Below are positions 58,254 through 64,000 of a stretch of DNA of 64,000 nucleotides, piece by piece. The position numbers and the translations under genes are program-made. The notes beneath the pieces were generated by a model. The model was not told the origin of the DNA and ran no database searches. It saw only the letters and a list, made by a program, of their open reading frames with translations. Positions within the stretch are counted from its first letter, which is position 1. Each line of letters opens with the position of its first letter. The DNA is taken from the IMG/VR virus record IMGVR_UViG_3300027852_000038, positions 12,016 through 76,015 of that record. The stretch is one strand, 5' to 3'. Source of the DNA: a virus.

Positions 58254-58624
58254 AATCCCTTCAAGTATTCAATAGCTTTTCTTGTGACAATCCCGCCCTC
58301 ACCTATTTGCATTTTAATCAAACTCTTGTCAGGGTCTACATACGGTAATTTAATCACTTTAACCATTCTAGATAAAATGGTTGACAAAATCGGATCCATG
58401 GCCCGAATAACCAACGATCCTTTATATTCTTCCACAAATTTTAAGATCCTACCCTGCAAAGAATGATTTAACCACCGGATATCAAGTATTAAATCCGGGG
58501 GTTTGGTCCTTTTGAGATATTTGACATAAAGCTGATTGAGTTCAGCAGCACTATTCAATTTCACTATTACGGCCCCCGCCCGATCTTCTGGGACAGGAGC
58601 CGAATCCAACAGTAATAACCTCAC
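58250..58624 (-). CDS. degenerate DNA pol III delta-prime (HolB)-like subunit
   Basis: LNHSLQGRILKFVEE and ILSTILSRM resemble AQNALLKTLEE and ILPTIRSRC. Confidence 0.55.
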   Translation of the reverse strand: MRLLLLDSAPVPEDRAGAVIVKLNSAAELNQLYVKYLKRTKPPDLILDIRWLNHSLQGRILKFVEEYKGSLVIRAMDPILSTILSRMVKVIKLPYVDPDKSLIKMQIGEGGIVTRKAIEYLKGL

Positions 58625-58636
58625 AAATTCCCCCTT

Positions 58637-59188
58637 TTAGTTGGTTAAATACCTTTTAACTAATTCCTTTTGCAGCTGTCTTATTCTGAAATCAGAAATT
58701 CCAAAATCACTTGCTATATCGGAAGAATCTTGATTGGCTGACCTGGTGAATAATGATCGCCAAGTTAAAGGATAATTCGGAGATATCCTTTTTTCCGGAA
58801 CTGCTCGCTCCATGTCTAACAAATAACTTTGTAACTCCACATCAGATTCAAGCAGGCCCTCAAGAGTCAATCCTTCAGTGCCCCCGATTTCTTGATGAAT
58901 GCTCACCTCTTGAACCGGGGAACCATTTACCATCCGACTCTTGGCAAATTTTGCCCTTTTAACATCGATCAAATAATTCTTGGCAATCCGATAAACCAGC
59001 ATGTCTAGGTTGCACTTTTCCGAATCATAGGATGAAAGTCCTTTTCGACTCAAAATATTGACAACTACATTTTGGACAAAATCTTCCGGCTCCATATATT
59101 TTCTTATTTCCCACCCATGCTTCGATGAATATTTGTCAAGTGCCAGCTTAATTTCTCCGATTCTAGAACGCCTAACATCTTCAATCAT
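58637..59188 (-). CDS. Phage-encoded RNA polymerase sigma factor
   Basis: Region 2 EDFVQ...YD...YRIAKNYLID; SIHQEIG...TLEGLL; region 4 HTH DIASDFGISDFRIRQL. Confidence 0.8.
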   Translation of the reverse strand: MIEDVRRSRIGEIKLALDKYSSKHGWEIRKYMEPEDFVQNVVVNILSRKGLSSYDSEKCNLDMLVYRIAKNYLIDVKRAKFAKSRMVNGSPVQEVSIHQEIGGTEGLTLEGLLESDVELQSYLLDMERAVPEKRISPNYPLTWRSLFTRSANQDSSDIASDFGISDFRIRQLQKELVKRYLTN

Positions 59189-59190
59189 TT

Positions 59191-59409
59191 TTAATTCCCC
59201 TTTTTATTTTTTGCTTCATTTTTGACAATCTGCTCAAAAGAAAGAGCGGAGGAGCTTGTCTTTAAAGATGGTGAAACTCCCTTTGTAGTGACCATCCTTT
59301 TTTCACAGCCAACAATAACCAATATACGGTTGTCCGGGTGTTTTCTCCCTCCGATACCAAAACCGGTTTCTCCCCCCTGATTTTTTCCAACCATAGAGTC
59401 AAAAATCAT
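59191..59409 (-). CDS. small hypothetical protein
   Basis: ATG overlaps the TGA of the Zn-finger ORF (ATGA coupling). Confidence 0.45.
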   Translation of the reverse strand: MIFDSMVGKNQGGETGFGIGGRKHPDNRILVIVGCEKRMVTTKGVSPSLKTSSSALSFEQIVKNEAKNKKGN

Positions 59410-59540
59410 TCTAGGATTTCTTCTTGACAATTTTCGCAGTAAGGAACATATTTTTTTGCTGTGAAATCATAAACTTCGATTTTAGCTACGGTTTTGCACC
59501 ATTCGCACTTACATTCGTGTGTGATTTTTCTTGTTTTCAT
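59406..59540 (-). CDS. 44-aa zinc-finger microprotein, not in ORF track
   Basis: MKTRKITHECKCEWCK...PYCENCQEEILE*; AAGGGG RBS inside repeat cassette D. Confidence 0.75.
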   Translation of the reverse strand: MKTRKITHECKCEWCKTVAKIEVYDFTAKKYVPYCENCQEEILE

Positions 59541-59618
59541 TTTTTATTCCCCTTAAGTTTGTTGTTGTTGTTTGCTCTTATTTAGCTTATCGGCATCCTG
59601 CAAAATAACTTTAACTTT
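59525..59618. repeat. Regulatory cassette copy D (nearly identical to 62336-62428)
   Basis: Core 59587-59618 plus a leader, RBS and MKTRK codons shared with copy A. Confidence 0.9.
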
Positions 59619-59733
59619 TTTATTCGCAAGGTGAATTAAAAGTTTTTGATTTGCTCTTTCCACTTCAAAAACAAGTCCAATATCCTCTTTGGTTGATTCT
59701 CCGATTGTGGAGCGTCTCACATTTTCTGTCATT

Positions 59734-60027
59734 TTAATTCTGGGGCACGTAAATATTAATAGTCCCAGTAATCCTATGAACCTTGACCATTGTTCCATCG
59801 CTCCCTTTCATTCCACAAACCTTCAGACCGCTGGAATAAATTTTTCTTACTAATTGATACGGTTCAGTATCACAATTATCTATCCAAAAATTAGAAATTT
59901 TTATATTTTGAATATACCCAATGGCTCTCTGAATAGCATAATCCTCAAAATCATTCGTAAAATATTCCATCATTTCATTTAAATCATTCATTTTTTCTTC
60001 CCTGATCTCTTTTGCTCTTGGTATCAT
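59734..60027 (-). CDS. hypothetical protein
   Basis: Downstream of cassette C with AAAGGGGAA RBS. Confidence 0.6.
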   Translation of the reverse strand: MIPRAKEIREEKMNDLNEMMEYFTNDFEDYAIQRAIGYIQNIKISNFWIDNCDTEPYQLVRKIYSSGLKVCGMKGSDGTMVKVHRITGTINIYVPQN

Positions 60028-60035
60028 TTTGGTTC

Positions 60036-60151
60036 CCCTTTGTGGATTGGGTCCAGGATTGTTCCTGTTCCCTTTATAACTCTTATCGGCATCCTATGAA
60101 ATAACTTTAGCCTTATTCTATAAACCTACCATACATTCAATATTTTGTCAA
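60036..60151. repeat. Regulatory cassette copy C
   Basis: Core 60083-60114; upstream TTGACA segment shared with copy A, hairpin/RBS segment shared with copy B. Confidence 0.88.
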
Positions 60152-60280
60152 GGTTTATCCAAATTCCAGGCGTCTGGACATCCACAATTTTCACAGAACG
60201 GAAATTCGCAACAGCCACAAATCAAGCATACCTGTTGCCCACATACATGGCAGCAAACACCCAATATAATTATCCATCAT
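60148..60280 (-). pseudogene. Cys-rich microprotein interrupted by a one-base frame offset
   Basis: RBS plus ATG at 60280 is in one frame; the +1 frame 60264-60148 reads LGVCCHVCGQQVCLICGCCEFPFCENCGCPDAWNLDKP*. Confidence 0.5.
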
Positions 60281-60295
60281 TATTTCCCCTCAAAA

Positions 60296-61567
60296 TTATA
60301 AGACCAATTTCTTCAATACATCTTCAGACAAAACACAATCAAGATAAGTCTTGTCAGTCCTAAACCCACGGATCCAATCAGCTTCAGCATGCATAATCCT
60401 TTTAGACTTTCCAGAAATATCCTGACCGTTAACAATTAAAACCCGGTTATAATATTCTTCTTTCAAGCATGGGTTACCATTATCATCAAGCATTGACATT
60501 TCCTTTCTTAGATCTAACGGCACGGAAGAAATAGAGCATATATGATGCTCTTTATTTTTTGACCCCTTAATCAACACGGACATTTTAAGAGAACCAATCA
60601 ACCCTAAGTCTGACCACTCTTTTCCTTCTGTTGCCGGAACAAACCCGGAAATAAAAGCGTCAAGGTCTGATCCTAACGATTCATTCATTGATCGCTTCAG
60701 TTTAACCTGGGTATCACGTCTTCTGGAATCAGTTCTAACGTATGGTTTATAAAGATTCTTTAAAACAATCCCTTCACACCCTCCAGCCACCAATTGATCA
60801 AAATATTTCTTCTTGCCTGTTGTAATGACCTCCGATTGACTAAACGGAAGTTGTTTTTCCAGGCCTCCTCTAACCACCTTATTTAGAACTTTTTTTCTGA
60901 AGTGGAGGTCATTACGCCAAACCGGAGTTTCCCCTACTTCCAATATGTCCCATTCCTTGAAAAATAACTGACATTGTGTTTTCTGAATTTCATGGGAATC
61001 TTTAGCATTAATACTGAGAATCGCCGTCACCGCATCTAAAGCAGTCTCACAGACCGTTCCATATTTACGAAAAACAGTTGTGTCAATAGAGGATTTCTTA
61101 ACAAAACACTCCCCATCCAAAATGAAAGATTTCTTAAACACCCCCTTCCATTGTCCCGGGGTAGTTATCACGCCATCTTTAATCAACAGTATCTTATCAG
61201 TGTATTCGATTGGTTGGAAATCGACCACTGAAATATTCCTACTGAAAAATGTAAAGCCCTCATCCGGATGATAAAAGGGTAACATCCGGACCCCGTCTTC
61301 TTTCTTCTCAGCAATATAATCGGGGGAGTTCAACAATGCATGCTTTTCTTTTTCCTTTAAATGTTTAAAGGAGAAGCAAAGCATGGGGGATTCAAGCTCG
61401 TTCCGTTTAATTCGACCCCATGAAGGGGAATCAATTTTCTTAAAATGATAATCCATTAAAAGCTTGATCATCGCTTTTCTGGTGATTTTGTCAGGGATTA
61501 TAATTCCCCTGATTCTACACTCTTTTTTTAATTGTGCTGACGTTCTTTGCACGGCTCCTCCTATCAA
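60296..61567 (-). CDS. ATP-dependent DNA ligase
   Basis: Motif I EKKEDG, ILDGE, WDIL, EGIVLK, C-terminal OB domain. Confidence 0.9.
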   Translation of the reverse strand: MIGGAVQRTSAQLKKECRIRGIIIPDKITRKAMIKLLMDYHFKKIDSPSWGRIKRNELESPMLCFSFKHLKEKEKHALLNSPDYIAEKKEDGVRMLPFYHPDEGFTFFSRNISVVDFQPIEYTDKILLIKDGVITTPGQWKGVFKKSFILDGECFVKKSSIDTTVFRKYGTVCETALDAVTAILSINAKDSHEIQKTQCQLFFKEWDILEVGETPVWRNDLHFRKKVLNKVVRGGLEKQLPFSQSEVITTGKKKYFDQLVAGGCEGIVLKNLYKPYVRTDSRRRDTQVKLKRSMNESLGSDLDAFISGFVPATEGKEWSDLGLIGSLKMSVLIKGSKNKEHHICSISSVPLDLRKEMSMLDDNGNPCLKEEYYNRVLIVNGQDISGKSKRIMHAEADWIRGFRTDKTYLDCVLSEDVLKKLVL

Positions 61568-61865
61568 TTTTTACATGGATCAAAATATCTTTTTGATCCA
61601 CAGAAACCTCTTTCTTAATTGTCAGAGGTTTCATATTCTTACAAAACTCTTCTCCATAATAAACGCACCCAGGAACAACAAAACTACCTGCATACAATGA
61701 AATACTCTCAACTTTAATTGTATGAGACTCATTACTCACAAAATCACCGACCCTGACAGGATTGTTTTCTTGCGCAAACCGTAACCCCCAGTTTACTATC
61801 TCCCTTTTTTGCCTTTCTACAATTTCATTAAACCATTTTATTTCTCTCTCTTCTCTGGTATCCAT
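61515..61865 (-). CDS. hypothetical protein, paralog of 63682-63978
   Basis: Shared VxxGDxV...IxV...PxCxYxG pattern. Confidence 0.6.
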   Translation of the reverse strand: MDTREEREIKWFNEIVERQKREIVNWGLRFAQENNPVRVGDFVSNESHTIKVESISLYAGSFVVPGCVYYGEEFCKNMKPLTIKKEVSVDQKDILIHVKIDRRSRAKNVSTIKKRV

Positions 61866-61881
61866 TTCAATTCCCTTTTTA

Positions 61882-62019
61882 TTATCTGATTTGCTCTATT
61901 TGATCCAATCTCTTGGAACTCAAATCTTTAACATCATTTACCATGTCCATTGCAGAAAATGCAAACCAAGCATAAACGGTTCCAATAATTGCTACTGTGA
62001 TTATTATTTTTTTCAGCAT
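61882..62019 (-). CDS. 45-aa membrane microprotein, not in ORF track
   Basis: MLKKIIITVAIIGTVYAWFAFSA...; AAAGGGGAA RBS in cassette B. Confidence 0.7.
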   Translation of the reverse strand: MLKKIIITVAIIGTVYAWFAFSAMDMVNDVKDLSSKRLDQIEQIR

Positions 62020-62025
62020 GGCATT

Positions 62026-62106
62026 TCCCCTTTTTTGGTTGGGTTCAGGATTGTTCCTGAACCCTTTATATAATTTATCGGCATCTTGTGAAATAACTTT
62101 AGCTTT
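62026..62106. repeat. Regulatory cassette copy B with perfect 10-bp hairpin
   Basis: Core 62075-62106; hairpin GGGTTCAGGA-ttgt-TCCTGAACCC at 62041-62064. Confidence 0.9.
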
Positions 62107-62351
62107 TATTTACGAATGAGAAAGTTAGGATATTTTTCTAAATTATTGCCTGGATAATACGGCCAGGCAATAAACTCACCAAGAGTGTTATCGTGGTGGG
62201 ACGTGCAAACATAACCCCTTGCCTCAAATTCCTCCTGGTAGGATTCCACCAGGCCGGAGGACATTCTGGACTTTTTATAATACCGATTCAGGTAGTCTTC
62301 GACCGAATCAGCCTCAACCACTCTTGTCATTGCTCTTTTTCTTGTTTTCAT
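62106..62351 (-). CDS. hypothetical protein (81 aa)
   Basis: Downstream of cassette A; starts MKTRK like the Zn-finger ORF. Confidence 0.65.
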   Translation of the reverse strand: MKTRKRAMTRVVEADSVEDYLNRYYKKSRMSSGLVESYQEEFEARGYVCTSHHDNTLGEFIAWPYYPGNNLEKYPNFLIRK

Positions 62352-62462
62352 TTTTTATTCCCCTTAAGTTTGTTGTTGTTATTGCTCTTATTTAGTTTAT
62401 CAGCATCCTGCAAAATAACTTTAGCTTTATTATACAAACCTACCATACAATATTTTGTCAAG
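62336..62462. promoter_or_regulatory. Regulatory cassette copy A with TTGACA and TATAAT hexamers (21-bp spacing)
   Basis: Minus strand TTGACA-aaatattgtatggtaggtttg-TATAAT, then core 62397-62428 and RBS. Confidence 0.65.
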
Positions 62463-62564
62463 TTATTTCTTGAATCTCTAACTTAAGTTAAACTGAAAAC
62501 AACATGTCAAAGGTTATGAACCAAATTAATAATTCAAATTAAGGGTAATTACACGCACAAAAAT

Positions 62565-63680
62565 TTACTGCCAAGAAGAACCCAAATTAGAACGGGAAAA
62601 ATAAATGGGTAGTCCGATATCTTTTGAACTTTTTTCTAAAATGTCCGTCAATTCCTTGACTTTCTCCTCTGTTGCTTCAATCGGCAACTCAATCAAAAAT
62701 TCATCAAATATTATACCGATCAATTGACCTTCTTGTTTTTGGGTCCACTGCTCAACAACTGGCAAGAGCAGTCTAATCAATTCCCCAGCTGTTGACTGGA
62801 CAGCATGAGAAACCATCGACTTTTCAACATCTGTTGAATTTTTAAATATTCTCACTGTTCCGAACATTGTCTTTGATGAAAAGTCGGCCCGTTCCGTAAT
62901 ATTGGCCATGAACTGTAGAACTTCCGGATATGTATTAAAAAAACTATCAATGTAAGATTGGGCTCTATCCTCCGACACTCCCAACTCTTTAGAAATTAAA
63001 AACTTCGTGCCCCCATAGACTATTGAAAAACTAATAGCCTTTGATTCTTCTCTCATTTCTGGAGTAACCTCTTCCAAACCCACTCCAAAAAGTTTAGTAG
63101 CGAAGGTCTGATGATAATCCCCAGAATTCAAATCATTTAAAAGAGTCTTACACTTAGAATAATAGGCCAATATATAAAGCTCCACCCGTTTGGCGTCGAT
63201 CTTCCAGAAATGCCTACCCTGTTCAGGAATAATACACGCCCGATATTTTTTAGCAAATCCCGTGTAGTTAAAGCCCTTTGTATATACACGGCCAACATCC
63301 GGTTTAATGTCATACGTGGAAAACAGCCGCCCTGATTGAACAGCTTGTAAAAGTTTATCAAGGGAAGTTGCTTGACGACTAATCGTAGATGCCTTAACTG
63401 AATCCCCTATTAGTTCTGGAGCTCCCGGAAACCGCTCAACTGCCGCTTTAGAAAGAGAAGCCCCCCGGGTGGTCATTGGCCAACCTGGAAACTCTCCCGC
63501 TAATAACTTAGCTTTCCTGGAAAGAGAAGCAGTCGTCTTTTCCCCATGCTTATCCAAATAAAAAGCCACCATGGACTTTTCTTGTTCGACAAACCCTGAA
63601 AGCATCTTTACATCAACCTGCATTCCCCTAGTTTCTAACCGCTTCAAAATCACATTCGATGCATCCAAACAAATTGCCAT
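62565..63680 (-). CDS. polA: Short, divergent family A DNA polymerase (polymerase domain only)
   Basis: Motif A IDAKRVELYILA, motif B REESKAISFSIVYG, motif C IIFDEF; no exonuclease domain. Confidence 0.85.
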   Translation of the reverse strand: MAICLDASNVILKRLETRGMQVDVKMLSGFVEQEKSMVAFYLDKHGEKTTASLSRKAKLLAGEFPGWPMTTRGASLSKAAVERFPGAPELIGDSVKASTISRQATSLDKLLQAVQSGRLFSTYDIKPDVGRVYTKGFNYTGFAKKYRACIIPEQGRHFWKIDAKRVELYILAYYSKCKTLLNDLNSGDYHQTFATKLFGVGLEEVTPEMREESKAISFSIVYGGTKFLISKELGVSEDRAQSYIDSFFNTYPEVLQFMANITERADFSSKTMFGTVRIFKNSTDVEKSMVSHAVQSTAGELIRLLLPVVEQWTQKQEGQLIGIIFDEFLIELPIEATEEKVKELTDILEKSSKDIGLPIYFSRSNLGSSWQ

Positions 63681-63681
63681 T

Positions 63682-63978
63682 TTATAATCCTCTGTTTTTA
63701 ATTTCTACAAGGTTGGATTGATAAACAGATCTGGTCCCCTCTCTTTTTGACAATTTCCCCGCTTTTGTCAAAACCTGACCTACATAAATACAGCAGGGTT
63801 CGGAAGAAAGATATATTTTCTTCCTTCTTACAACAATTGAACCAATATGATCAGTAACAATATCCCCAATTTTAACAGTGCAATGGGATAAGGCATAGAC
63901 CTTCTGTAATTTCAATTTACTGTCTTTTGCAGTTTTATCTATTTCCTGCATTCGCATTTTAAATTCTTCCAATTCCAT
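63682..63978 (-). CDS. hypothetical protein, paralog of 61515-61865
   Basis: GGAGG RBS; VKIGDIV...PCCIYVG. Confidence 0.6.
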   Translation of the reverse strand: MELEEFKMRMQEIDKTAKDSKLKLQKVYALSHCTVKIGDIVTDHIGSIVVRRKKIYLSSEPCCIYVGQVLTKAGKLSKREGTRSVYQSNLVEIKNRGL

Positions 63979-64000
63979 CTTAACGCCTCCATTATAAAAA

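Noticed and set aside
59525-62462. CRISPR, integron attC or CsrA-site interpretation of the four cassettes
   Set aside because: Spacing is gene-sized and irregular; no integrase or attC dyad; the GGA loop is not conserved in copy B.

Overview
This window is a 64-kb internal segment of a large tailed dsDNA phage (Caudoviricetes). Essentially every credible gene is on the minus strand. No integrase, host flank, tRNA or CRISPR array was seen. In transcription order (64000 to 1) it carries: a short divergent PolA; small early genes preceded by repeated regulatory cassettes; DNA ligase; a sigma-like factor; a bacterial-style replication/recombination block (HolB/HolA-like, MTase, UDG-like, HU, SSB, RuvC, RecA, split SbcC, SbcD, beta-clamp, radical SAM, TOPRIM primase, DnaX); a second sigma-like gene; packaging and head genes (TerL, a portal-MuF-ART fusion, HK97 protease and capsid); a non-contractile-type tail (tube, G/GT chaperone frameshift, tape measure, LamG and beta-helix receptor-binding proteins) interrupted by lysis/moron genes; a perfect (AAAGTAG)15 array; then 5'-3' exonuclease, SNF2 helicase and a DnaB running off the window edge. 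Four inteins are present (DnaB, TerL, DnaX, radical SAM). The most striking observations are: (1) a second, catalytically disabled but conserved copy of the TerL nuclease domain bracketed by a 72-bp exact direct repeat; (2) an Ala1/Gln-terminal intein inserted just before the third Fe-S cysteine of a TIGR03960/DUF2344-like radical SAM protein; (3) a portal-MuF-ADP-ribosyltransferase triple fusion with a small acidic neighbour; (4) the heptamer array at the late/replication junction; (5) repeated regulatory cassettes and a highly structured 350-bp intergenic region. All family calls come from motifs recognised by eye; no database searches were run.
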